The notes below the pieces were generated by a model. That model saw only the letters and a list, made by a program, of their open reading frames with translations. It did no database searches and had not been told where the DNA came from. This document shows, piece after piece, positions 48,149-57,416 of a DNA stretch of 64,000 nucleotides. How positions within the stretch are numbered: position 1 is the stretch's first letter; the number at the start of each line of letters is the position of its first letter. The translations under genes and the position numbers were made by a program. The stretch lies in assembly GCA_964604315.1 (NCBI GenBank), contig CAZRYK010000002.1:267-64266 (forward strand), read 5' to 3'. Origin of the DNA: an uncultured Gammaproteobacteria bacterium (GTDB taxonomy: Bacteria; Patescibacteriota; Patescibacteriia; JACPL01; CAZRYK01).

Positions 48149-49411
48149 TTAAAACGTCAACTTATACATATCGGCTGTGCCGTGATAGGTATAGGGTTTT
48201 GAGTACACCCAAAACATGCGGTGTTGCGCGTCAACGGTAAATGTCTGATACGGCCCGTACGCGTTGTAGTCAACTCGTGTTCCCATAGTGAACGTGCCAT
48301 TCGCATCAACATCCGCAGAAGAAAAATAGACGTTCTTCCAACCAATGCGTGCGCGATTTGGATCTGTTGGACTCTTTATGATCGTTGCTCGATATTTCGC
48401 GTCTGTTGCCAGCGTAGCGACTGGTTCGGTAAATGTGCCGTCGGTGTTTACGCGGAACGTCATAACATTGCCAACATTATTACTCACCTGCTCTTTGAGA
48501 GCAACAAGCGTATGGCTACCATCAAAAGAAACGGCATCCAACGTGTTTACCGAAATCCAAAAGTAATCAAGCGGTCTTTCGTAGAAGAGCGTTCGGTCTG
48601 TGGTGACGTTTCCGGCCGTATCGTATTGCTTCAGATAAAATCCGTCATATTCGTTCCATAAGACCGTTAGCCGCCCGGCTTGCGGATCGAACGTTGCGGC
48701 AAGATCAGAACCAAATGGAACCGCAGAGGCCACCGTCACCGGATCGCCAAGAGGCGTGCCGTTCATGGCAATACGCTGATACGTTATATCTCGTGAAAAC
48801 GGTTCGGCTACGGGTTCTTCGAAAACCACGATCATTTCATTTTCGTTCATAGGAAGCAGGAAATACTCATTAAACACTTTGTCGTAGCTTGGATCGTCGC
48901 GCTCAACGAGCGTCACGGGGTTTCCAAGTTTCTGCCCATCCAAAGTATACCGCTGTCCTTTGATATATGTTTTTCCGGAAAGTTGCGGCCGCATCACATA
49001 GGTTTGCAAGATCTCACGATCCCCGCCGTTGGTTAAAAGAAGAAGTGGCATAACTTGTGGAGTGCCGAATCCAAATTTGCAGCAGAACGACGACCATCGC
49101 ACAGCGCCGGTTGTGGCATTCAGTGCCGTTAGCATCACCCCGTTGGTGTCCCTGCTCGTTGACGCGGAATTAATATACAAAGTGTCATCAACAACCAGAA
49201 GGCCGGAGTCCACCACTTTTTGCGTCAGCGGGTTCTCTCTTGTCCACGCCGGTTCCAATATTTCTGACGCCGCGGCTTGCTTTATGCGGTCTGTCGGAAA
49301 TCCTGCAATACTGAAAATAGTAACAACTGCCACACTTACGCCCAATGCGAGCGATTTTAAAATATTGCCCTTCACACTGAACCAAAAACTTTTTATATGT
49401 ACGTTTCTCAT
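48149..49411 (-). CDS. Secreted beta-rich hypothetical protein
   Basis: N-terminal hydrophobic helix; propeller-like repeats (LNATTG.VRW); start uncertain. Confidence 0.7.
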   Translation of the reverse strand: MRNVHIKSFWFSVKGNILKSLALGVSVAVVTIFSIAGFPTDRIKQAAASEILEPAWTRENPLTQKVVDSGLLVVDDTLYINSASTSRDTNGVMLTALNATTGAVRWSSFCCKFGFGTPQVMPLLLLTNGGDREILQTYVMRPQLSGKTYIKGQRYTLDGQKLGNPVTLVERDDPSYDKVFNEYFLLPMNENEMIVVFEEPVAEPFSRDITYQRIAMNGTPLGDPVTVASAVPFGSDLAATFDPQAGRLTVLWNEYDGFYLKQYDTAGNVTTDRTLFYERPLDYFWISVNTLDAVSFDGSHTLVALKEQVSNNVGNVMTFRVNTDGTFTEPVATLATDAKYRATIIKSPTDPNRARIGWKNVYFSSADVDANGTFTMGTRVDYNAYGPYQTFTVDAQHRMFWVYSKPYTYHGTADMYKLTF

Positions 49412-49485
49412 AGAGAAAAAAGTTAGGATGAATACGCTGAAACTATACCTAATTGTGTGGCGTGTCAAGCGGCTGTGAGCGATTT

Positions 49486-49534
49486 GGCAAGAGCTTAGCT
49501 CTTGCCTAAATACGGCAAAAGCTTAGCTTTGGCC
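49486..49534. repeat. Tandem REP family B doublet
   Basis: GGCAAGAGCTTAGCTCTTGCC and GGCAAAAGCTTAGCTTTGGCC. Confidence 0.8.
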
Positions 49535-49544
49535 AAAAAATGCC

Positions 49545-50294
49545 TTAAGGCTTCGACACCTGCCACAGTGCCTGAAACCAGACACGGTAGCTGTCGGCAA
49601 GAGCGCGGCTACGCAACACAAAGAACACGGCGTTGTCATCGATACGCAAAATGCGACAACCGGTATAGGTGACCACGTAATCACCAAAGACATTGATAAT
49701 GGAATCGGTGGAATATTGTTGTGGCAAAACACGATATTCTAATTCGCCCAGAAAATGTTTGGGGAAGTTGGGAATCTTTTGTACCGCTTCATAATTAAAA
49801 AGTTCAATAAACTTCATTTTCTTGCGGTTCGCCTCTTTAAAAAAGGATTTTGCTGATGTTTCCATGCGCGGGTCAAACCACGCCGCGTTTGCCCCTACCG
49901 CATAAACCGTTTCTTCCACACGTAAACAATCGCGCCACACATTTTTTTGCCCCTCCAACCCGCGGTAAATATACGCCTCTTCTGGTGACTGCTGTTTTTG
50001 GTATTTGGATTCCAGCTCGGGCATAATGCCTTGAATTTTCTGTTGCTTTTCTCCTAGGATTTCTAACAACTTTCCCGGATCTACTGGGCTGTATTTATTG
50101 TCTTTGCTGGAAAAAATAGGGAAGCATAACCCCTTGGCCACTAAACGCTCAATGGTGTCATAGGCGTTGCGTCGATTAATGCCGGTTTTAATCGAAATTT
50201 GGGGGACACTGGATTCGCCCAAATTCAATAATGCCTCATAGATTTTTGCTTCATTTGGGCTAAGACCAGCGGATTGTAAGATTTCTTGATACAT
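49545..50294 (-). CDS. TrmB-family transcriptional regulator
   Basis: GLSPNEAKIYEALL, NRRNAYD, YRGLEG; start set at MYQEIL. Confidence 0.9.
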   Translation of the reverse strand: MYQEILQSAGLSPNEAKIYEALLNLGESSVPQISIKTGINRRNAYDTIERLVAKGLCFPIFSSKDNKYSPVDPGKLLEILGEKQQKIQGIMPELESKYQKQQSPEEAYIYRGLEGQKNVWRDCLRVEETVYAVGANAAWFDPRMETSAKSFFKEANRKKMKFIELFNYEAVQKIPNFPKHFLGELEYRVLPQQYSTDSIINVFGDYVVTYTGCRILRIDDNAVFFVLRSRALADSYRVWFQALWQVSKP

Positions 50295-50385
50295 ATATGG
50301 TGGTGAATAACCATCAGTGGTTGCCTTTGCCACTCAACATGAATAATATACCATGATCGGAAATTAATCAATAGCTCAAAATAGT

Positions 50386-51396
50386 ATGAAAACCAACTTT
50401 ATTCTTTTTATTGCGCTTGCAGTTGTTGTGGCCGCCGGCGCGTGGAAATTCTATCTTTCACCAGAATCATTGCCAAAAGAAGCAGAAGTTTTAGAAACAA
50501 CAACCGTGAAGATTGCAAACTTGCCCGTTGTGCAGGGGTTGCCGTTATATCTTGCTATAGAGAAAGGCTATTTTAAAGAAGCGGGTCTGAATGTGGAAAT
50601 GGTAAAGTTCGAAGCGCCGAATCAAATCATCGACGCCTTGCTTCAAGGACAGGTAGATTTTTCCTCGCCAAGTGGCGCCATGGGAATCACCGGAATCGCG
50701 GATTTTAAAAATCCCGGAAAATTAAAAATTTATGCGGCTGGCGGAGGCACAAGCCTCATTCAAAACGATGCGATTTTGGTAAAAAACGACAGCATGATTC
50801 GTTCGTTTGAAGATTTGCAGGGAAAGAAATTAGGCATTGTTGCCGGAAGCATTCAATGGCGAACCATTGCGCGTGATATTTTGGCGAAAAATAATTTAAT
50901 CGCGGATCAAGATGTTACGCTTGTGGAAATTGCCTTAAGTTTGCAGGCAGAAAGTTTGGCAATAGGCCAAGTAGATGCGTTATTAGGCATTGAACCCATC
51001 CCGACGATTGTGAAGTCAAAAAATATCGGGAAAGAAATTGTTGACCATGTGACAACGCGCTATATTGCTGACCCCTTTTACGCCGGCGCAGGAATTGTGC
51101 GTGAAGATTTTGCTGCACAAAACCCAAACACCACAAAAAAAGTTTTAGACGTTTTTGAACAAACTATTAACGAAATAAACGCCGATCCCGATGCCGCGCG
51201 TCTGTATCTTAAAGGTTATACCGCTCTTGATGATGTTGCGATTGCGAAAGTACCTATTTCCACTTTCACGTTTTATAGCGATTTCACTCAAGAAGATATT
51301 GACGCGGTGCAGAAATTTTATGACATCTTCACGACCTTTGGCGTTGTTGGCGGGCGCATAGATTTTGAAAAACTTTTGTATTCGTCTTCGCAATAA
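50386..51396 (+). CDS. NitT/TauT ABC substrate-binding protein
   Basis: PLYLAIEKGYFKEAGL, DLQGKKLG, EP. Confidence 0.9.
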   Translation: MKTNFILFIALAVVVAAGAWKFYLSPESLPKEAEVLETTTVKIANLPVVQGLPLYLAIEKGYFKEAGLNVEMVKFEAPNQIIDALLQGQVDFSSPSGAMGITGIADFKNPGKLKIYAAGGGTSLIQNDAILVKNDSMIRSFEDLQGKKLGIVAGSIQWRTIARDILAKNNLIADQDVTLVEIALSLQAESLAIGQVDALLGIEPIPTIVKSKNIGKEIVDHVTTRYIADPFYAGAGIVREDFAAQNPNTTKKVLDVFEQTINEINADPDAARLYLKGYTALDDVAIAKVPISTFTFYSDFTQEDIDAVQKFYDIFTTFGVVGGRIDFEKLLYSSSQ

Positions 51397-51401
51397 GATT
51401 T

Positions 51402-52130
51402 ATGCTTAACAACCAACAACAAAAACAAGTACAGCGGCAGATTGCGGCTTATGAAAAACGGAAAGGTGTTGATCGTATTGCTATTCCTATTGATCAAGAA
51501 AGATTTGTTATTGAGATCGATCCTTTTGTTGCAAATCCAAGAATGATGAATTCCGGTTTGCAGATGGTGCAGTATTTATTAGAACGACCACAGCTTGTTT
51601 ATGACAAAGTTGTTGTGGATATGGGAACAGGTTGTGGGATCTTGGGTATTGTTGCCGGATTATTGGGAGCAAAAAAGGTTTTGATGATGGATGTGGACCA
51701 AAAAGCGGTTGCAAATGCCAAGCGAAATATTCAAAGGCTGGGACTTAGCGCAATATGCGAAGCGTTCTGTAGTGATTTGTTTAAGAACTATGGTGACCGC
51801 CCGAAAGCTGATGTGCTCATTTTTAATCATCCCTTCTTTGCCGCACGCGCTCTTTATGGAAAACCATGGACGCGGATGATGCTCGGCGGAACCACTCTTA
51901 TTGCAAATTTTTTAGCACAAGCGCCACGCTTCTCCTATGAGGATTCATTGTACATTCTGCTATTTATGAACATGGCGGGTTACCGTGACAGCCGAATCGA
52001 TAACGATCCGGGGAAAAGATCTCAAGCTTATGGTTTTGAAATAGTAAACATCACAGAACAAAAAGCCGTGAAAAGCGGATTACAGCGTACGAAATTTAAG
52101 ATTTACGAATTGAGACATACCGGCAAATGA
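51402..52130 (+). CDS. SAM methyltransferase (PrmA/PrmC-like)
   Basis: VVDMGTGCG, SDLF, FNHPFF. Confidence 0.85.
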   Translation: MLNNQQQKQVQRQIAAYEKRKGVDRIAIPIDQERFVIEIDPFVANPRMMNSGLQMVQYLLERPQLVYDKVVVDMGTGCGILGIVAGLLGAKKVLMMDVDQKAVANAKRNIQRLGLSAICEAFCSDLFKNYGDRPKADVLIFNHPFFAARALYGKPWTRMMLGGTTLIANFLAQAPRFSYEDSLYILLFMNMAGYRDSRIDNDPGKRSQAYGFEIVNITEQKAVKSGLQRTKFKIYELRHTGK

Positions 52131-52870
52131 GTATTTCTATTCAAAACCTAAAAAAATCCTTTAGCGGCGCTGAAGTCTTTCAAAATTTCAGTGCGGATTT
52201 TGAAGAGGGAATCATTACCGCGATTGTTGGGCCAAATGGTTCGGGGAAAAGTACGCTATTAAATATTTTGTCGGGAATTCTTCCAAAAGATAGCGGTGAA
52301 TTTTCCATAAAAGAATTCCATCCGTTCCATTTTAGTTACATTTTCCAAAATTACCGCGAGTCGTTGTTGCCATGGCAAACGAATGCCGAAAACATTGCGT
52401 TGCCGCTTCAGATTCAAAAATATAGCAAAGAACAGATTCAACGCCACATTCACGATCTGCTTACCTTTACGGGATTACCCATAAACTTACAGCAATATCC
52501 GTATGAGCTAAGTGGTGGGCAGCAGCAAATGCTAGCTTTTTGCCGCGCACTTATAACACGGCCGAGTCTTCTTTTTATTGATGAACCTTTCTCGGCGCTG
52601 GATTACGAAAATAATTTACGTCTACGCGGGGTTTTGCAAAAATATTATATCGCTTTTAAACCAACCATTACTTTAATAACGCATAATATTGAAGAAGCGG
52701 TGCATCTGGCTCAAAAGATTGTCGTCTTTTCCCAAAAACCTACACAAGTTGTTGCGGTTATTGATAACCCCTTGCCTTTCCCGCGAACGATTGAATCGCT
52801 AAAATCGTCGGAGTTCGATGATTTGAAGGATAAGGTGCTTTCAATTTTTCAAAAAGTCGCCCACGTATGA
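52127..52870 (+). CDS. NitT/TauT ABC ATPase
   Basis: GPNGSGKS, LSGGQ, DEPFSALD. Confidence 0.93.
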   Translation: MSISIQNLKKSFSGAEVFQNFSADFEEGIITAIVGPNGSGKSTLLNILSGILPKDSGEFSIKEFHPFHFSYIFQNYRESLLPWQTNAENIALPLQIQKYSKEQIQRHIHDLLTFTGLPINLQQYPYELSGGQQQMLAFCRALITRPSLLFIDEPFSALDYENNLRLRGVLQKYYIAFKPTITLITHNIEEAVHLAQKIVVFSQKPTQVVAVIDNPLPFPRTIESLKSSEFDDLKDKVLSIFQKVAHV

Positions 52871-53610
52871 AACGCGCCTACCTTATTGGCCCGGTTTTTT
52901 TCATTGCGCTATGGGCCTTTGTTACAAGAGTTCAGCTTGTTGATACTTTTTTCTTACCCAGCCCTTTTTTAACCATAAGAAAATTAGTAGAGCTTTTCCA
53001 ATATGGTGGCATGACAAACGATTTTTTTGCAACCGTGAAACGTGTTGGTTTAGCTTTTGGGATTGCCTCCCTTATTGGTGTGCCATTGGGGCTTGTGCTA
53101 GGTAGTAAAGAAAAGGTTTACCGCAGTGTGGAGTTTATGATTGATTTTTTTCGCTCTACGCCAGCAACTGCGCTTTTCCCGCTTTTTCTTTTACTCTTTG
53201 GCATCACCGATAAATCAAAAATTGCCGTGGCCGCGTTTACCTCGGTTCTGGTAATTGTTTTTAACACGGCGTATGGCGTGATGCATACAAAGAAATCGCG
53301 ATTATTGGCAGCTCAGTTGATGGGCGCAGGAAAAACGCAAATCTTCCGCTGGATTTTATTCTGGGAAAGTTTACCGCAAACAGTTGTGGGTTTGCGAAGC
53401 GCCGTGAGTCTCTCGTTGATCGTCATTATTGTCACGGAAATGTTTATTGGGACAACCGTTGGGCTAGGGCGAAGAATTATTGATGCCCAAATCACCTATG
53501 AAATCCCGGCTATGTATGCCACTATTCTGCTAACAGGAATTTTAGGTTATCTTCTAAACCTGCTTTTTGTTGTTATAGAAAAACGCTTCTTACACTGGAG
53601 CGGCAAGTGA
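52867..53610 (+). CDS. NitT/TauT ABC permease
   Basis: FLPSP, GVPLGLVLG, RSTP, TEMF..GLG. Confidence 0.92.
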   Translation: MKRAYLIGPVFFIALWAFVTRVQLVDTFFLPSPFLTIRKLVELFQYGGMTNDFFATVKRVGLAFGIASLIGVPLGLVLGSKEKVYRSVEFMIDFFRSTPATALFPLFLLLFGITDKSKIAVAAFTSVLVIVFNTAYGVMHTKKSRLLAAQLMGAGKTQIFRWILFWESLPQTVVGLRSAVSLSLIVIIVTEMFIGTTVGLGRRIIDAQITYEIPAMYATILLTGILGYLLNLLFVVIEKRFLHWSGK

Positions 53611-53818
53611 CTTTTGTTAATCTTCGCATTTAAACCATATCGAAGGTTGTACAAGTAGCAAACTTGAATCCTTATTATTGGCAAATTATGAGGATTCGCT
53701 CTACTAGAAATTGATCAATTTTAAGGATATATGGAAATGCCTCGCTCAATCTGGCAAACACTAAAGTGTTGGACAGTTTTTGTGCTTGACAGAGAAAAGA
53801 GATGGAGTGCAGTTAAAG

Positions 53819-53978
53819 TGTTGAGGCAGTGACGTGCCGGGGCGTCATCTTAGCTTGGCTCGCGCCTAATGGCGAGCCGCCGGCCGAGCCGGTAAAACGG
53901 ATCCCTCTGCGGAGACGGGTCCGGCCCCCAATCGTCTAGCTTCAACAGGGAGGGCGGTAGCCTTTGTGCCGCCCTCCC
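53819..53978 (+). ncRNA. Candidate stand-alone structured RNA (6S-like architecture possible)
   Basis: Closing stems TGTTGAGGC/GCTTCAACA, GACG/CGTC, GGGGC/GCCCC; inner hairpins; 12-bp 3' hairpin; upstream TTGACA (53786). Confidence 0.55.
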
Positions 53979-54076
53979 ACCACTCCCATTTTTGAAATCA
54001 GCATAAGAAACAGACTCGAGCGCTAGATACCAAACACTTGGTGCTTGGTATTGTATTCTTAAACACGACAATGGGT

Positions 54077-54835
54077 TTATTTTCCCAATCGATCCCACAA
54101 AAGCTGGAAAATAATTTTTTGTAAATCCGCGAATTCTTTGGATTCAATAATCACGGCCATTTTTTCTTTCCATGACGCAATCAACATTTTATCGTTATAG
54201 ATTTTTACTTCTGGTGAAAAGGTGAGGGTTGGATCTGGTAAAAATTTTGTCTCGCGTAGTGCGTGGCGCTCCAGGGTGGCGCGCGCACGCGACACTTCGT
54301 TTTGTACAAAGATAGCGCGAATGGGAATTTTCTTTTTCGCTCGACGTTGAAAATACTCGGGGAAAAAGTTGGGTAATGTTTCGAGCATGGTTTGGACATT
54401 GGTATACGCTAACATTTTCCCTTTGCATGTTAGGGAGTCTTCATAAGCTTCACGCAAGCCCTTTTCTCCCTCATAGAATTGAACTTTTGGCCGTGTGGTG
54501 TGGAAGTTTTGCAAAGATAAAAATTCTGGCAGCACATTTTCCATTAATTTTTTCTGCTTTTGGAAGCTGCGCTCTTTTTCGCGTGCCTCGCGCTCTAAAT
54601 AATGAATGAGCTCTCGCGGATCAAGCGCTTGAAAATGCGTTTTTGCGCCTTTTTTGTATTTACTCACCACACCCCGATGGATAAGAGATTCAAGAATATC
54701 ATAGACAGTTGCGCGGATATATTGCGTGTGTTTGGCAAGTTGTGCCGCGGTGGCATCGCCTAAAGTAATAAGGGCAAGGTAGATGTTGGATTCTTTATCC
54801 GAGAACCCAATAGCTCGAAGTGTTTGGTGAAGCAT
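54077..54835 (-). CDS. TrmB-family transcriptional regulator
   Basis: IGFSDKESNIYLAL, RATVYD, RPKVQFYEGEKG, IYNDK. Confidence 0.92.
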   Translation of the reverse strand: MLHQTLRAIGFSDKESNIYLALITLGDATAAQLAKHTQYIRATVYDILESLIHRGVVSKYKKGAKTHFQALDPRELIHYLEREAREKERSFQKQKKLMENVLPEFLSLQNFHTTRPKVQFYEGEKGLREAYEDSLTCKGKMLAYTNVQTMLETLPNFFPEYFQRRAKKKIPIRAIFVQNEVSRARATLERHALRETKFLPDPTLTFSPEVKIYNDKMLIASWKEKMAVIIESKEFADLQKIIFQLLWDRLGK

Positions 54836-54984
54836 AAAGTTGTAGAAAATATCTCGACAGATTTACTATATAATATTAGCGAATAATTAGCAATATATAA
54901 AGGGATATTCGGTAGTATATTGGCGATATCTACAGTTTTTGTACAGTCAAAGAAGGTTGCCTCGTGAAACACAAGGAGGAAGCG

Positions 54985-55266
54985 ATGGCTGAAAGCACGC
55001 CAGATGGGCTTACGCCAGAGGACCTCGAAGACATCATGCGTCTCATCGAGGAGTTCGCACAGGAGGAAGGGGACCCGCAGTTGGTAGAGCGGATGAGAAA
55101 GGCGTTTCAGCGCGGATATGAGGGGCCGCCACTGACGCCAGAGGAGGCAGAGAACGAGGGACGCAAGCTCCTCGCCGCGATAGCTCACCGTGCTGATATC
55201 GTCTTTGCTCGTTTGAGCCTGACCGATGTCGTCGAAGAGTGGGTGAAGCGCATGACGCGCAAGTAA
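54985..55266 (+). CDS. Small acidic helical hypothetical protein
   Basis: AAGGAGGA RBS; followed by hairpin CGGCCCCATCTAA/TTAGGTGGGGCCG. Confidence 0.65.
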   Translation: MAESTPDGLTPEDLEDIMRLIEEFAQEEGDPQLVERMRKAFQRGYEGPPLTPEEAENEGRKLLAAIAHRADIVFARLSLTDVVEEWVKRMTRK

Positions 55267-55317
55267 CCAAATCGGCCCCATCTAAGCAATTAGGTGGGGC
55301 CGGGAGATTTAGAATTT

Positions 55318-55366
55318 GGCAAAAGCTTAGTTTTGGCCAATTGTCAAACACCGAGTGTTTGACAAT
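55318..55366. repeat. Adjacent REP-like palindromes of families B and C
   Basis: GGCAAAAGCTTAGTTTTGGCC then ATTGTCAAACAC-CGA-GTGTTTGACAAT. Confidence 0.7.
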
Positions 55367-55371
55367 GCGCT

Positions 55372-57141
55372 TTAAACTTCAATAAACACCGGGAGGATCA
55401 TGGGGCGGCGTTCGGTTTTTTCGAACAAGAATAATCCAATGTCATCGCGCAGTTTGTTTTTTAGGTATACGTCACTACCTGACGATTTCTGCCCGTCGGT
55501 TCGCAAAATGTCTTCCACGCGTTTGCGGGTTTCGTCTATTAAATCTTTGCTGGATTTCATGTACACAAATCCGCGCGAAAGAATATCTGGCGAGCCCACC
55601 AATTTTCCGTTTTCATCAATGGAAGCAATAATCACGACCATGCCTTCTTTGGCCATCTGCTGACGATCGCGCAATACCACGTTCGACACATCGCCGACGC
55701 CCAAGCCGTCCACAAACACATAATCCCATGGAACGCGCTTGTCGGTTAACGTCACATGGCCTTTCACCATTTCCATTACTTGGCCGTTCAGCGTGATTAA
55801 CACTTGCTCCGGATTCCAGCCCAACTCTAATGCGGCTTTTTCTGCAGAGCGCAACATATGGTGTTCACCCATAATTGGCGCAATAAAATGCGGGTCCACC
55901 AAGTTGAATAACAATTTCACATCTTCGTATTGCATGTGACCGCCCGCGTGAATGTCCATCATCTGGTAATGGAACACATGGGCTCCGCGCTTCAGTAAGT
56001 TATCTTGAACTCGCACCACACTGCGTTCATTACCCGGAACAACAGACGAAGAAAACACCACCGTGTCACCTTTTTCCACTTTCCAAAAGCGATGCTCGCC
56101 ATTGGCAATGCGCATTAACGCGGCCCGGTCTTCGCCTTGTGCGCCGGTTGCCAAAATAATAATTTTTTCCGGCGGCATTTTTAACGCTTGTTGCGCGGAA
56201 ACCAACGTGCGGGGTTTAACGTCTAAATATTGCAACTCTTTGGCAATCTCCACATTGCTACGCATGCTGTAACCTTCCACAACGACTTTGCGGTCTAACT
56301 GTTCGGCAAACCACAAAATTTGTTGCACGCGGGAAAGGAGCGAGGCAAACGTCCCAATAATAATGCGCCCTTCGGCTTCTTCAAAAACACGGAATAATTC
56401 TTTGCCAATGGCGCGTTCGGACAATTGATGCCCGGCTTTCATGGCATTGGTCGAATCAGAGAGCAATAAGTCTACGCCCTGCTCGCCCAAGCGCGCCATT
56501 TTCCCCAGCTCGGCGGGTTTGTCCATGACCGGCGTATGATCGAACTTCATGTCACCCGTGTGCATAATACTACCGTCGGGTGTATGAATAACCATGCCCA
56601 CGCAATCCGGAATGTTATGGTTCACGCGGAAAAAATCAATGGTCAGGTGGCCGAGGGTTAAAGATTTGTCCGGGTCAATTTCACGCAACGTAATGTCGCC
56701 GTATTCTTGAAAATCGGTTTGGCGTTTGGCAATAATGGCGTTGGTGAGCCGTGTGCCGTAAATTGGCGGGTTCAACAACCGACGCGTAATATGCGGCAGG
56801 CCGCCAATGTGATCGTAGTGCCCGTGCGTAATAATCATGCCGCGGATTTTTTTCTCTTTACCGCGCAAATACGAAATGTTTGGAATGACGTAATCCACGC
56901 CCGGCATATCTTCTTCGGGAAATTGCAAACCGCAGTCAACAATCACGATATCGTCGCGGGTTTCGATAACGGTCATATTGCGGCCCACTTCTTCGGCGCC
57001 GCCCAACACAATAATCCGCGTGCCTTTGGGGTCTGGCAGTTCTGTTACCGGCCGTGTTTCTTGAAACACACTCTTAAATCGTCGTTCCCGAAAGCGTTCT
57101 TTTGATGGCCTTTTGCCATGGGGTCTTTTAGTTGTCATCAT
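55372..57141 (-). CDS. rnj: Ribonuclease J
   Basis: LGG.EEVGRN, THGHYDHIG, GAQGE, VDGLG, RRPMILP. Confidence 0.97.
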   Translation of the reverse strand: MMTTKRPHGKRPSKERFRERRFKSVFQETRPVTELPDPKGTRIIVLGGAEEVGRNMTVIETRDDIVIVDCGLQFPEEDMPGVDYVIPNISYLRGKEKKIRGMIITHGHYDHIGGLPHITRRLLNPPIYGTRLTNAIIAKRQTDFQEYGDITLREIDPDKSLTLGHLTIDFFRVNHNIPDCVGMVIHTPDGSIMHTGDMKFDHTPVMDKPAELGKMARLGEQGVDLLLSDSTNAMKAGHQLSERAIGKELFRVFEEAEGRIIIGTFASLLSRVQQILWFAEQLDRKVVVEGYSMRSNVEIAKELQYLDVKPRTLVSAQQALKMPPEKIIILATGAQGEDRAALMRIANGEHRFWKVEKGDTVVFSSSVVPGNERSVVRVQDNLLKRGAHVFHYQMMDIHAGGHMQYEDVKLLFNLVDPHFIAPIMGEHHMLRSAEKAALELGWNPEQVLITLNGQVMEMVKGHVTLTDKRVPWDYVFVDGLGVGDVSNVVLRDRQQMAKEGMVVIIASIDENGKLVGSPDILSRGFVYMKSSKDLIDETRKRVEDILRTDGQKSSGSDVYLKNKLRDDIGLFLFEKTERRPMILPVFIEV

Positions 57142-57200
57142 AAAATATACTCCGTTATTTTTTTAAATAAGGCGGCCATACGGCGCGCTTGAAATAGTTG

Positions 57201-57284
57201 TGGGGATGGGGAGATTTGAACTCCCACGAGGTTGCCCTCACTAGCTCCTGAAGCTAGCGTGTATGCCAGTTTCACCACATCCCC
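57201..57284 (-). tRNA. tRNA-Leu(CAG)
   Basis: GGGGATG/CATCCCC; CTAGC-TTCAGGA-GCTAG; long variable arm. Confidence 0.95.
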
Positions 57285-57286
57285 GT

Positions 57287-57416
57287 AAACTTTGCTTCGC
57301 AAAGTTTGAGTCTTGAGTATTTAGTAATGAGTACTTAGCGCAAGGTAGAATTTTTTAAAATCATCTAGCAAAGTTTTCCCCAAACTACCAACTACTAATT
57401 ACGAACTACTCATTAC
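57287..57416. repeat. tRNA-adjacent element homologous to 12789-12945
   Basis: Shared AAACTTTGCT..GCAAAGTTTG, TACTTAGCGCAAGGTA, AAAATCATCTA, GCAAAGTT. Confidence 0.8.

Noticed and set aside
53819-53985. tmRNA, SRP RNA or RNase P RNA
   Set aside because: It ends near CCCACCA but has no T-arm or tag frame, no SRP domain IV (CAGG..GGAA..AGCAG) and no GAGGAAAGTCC.
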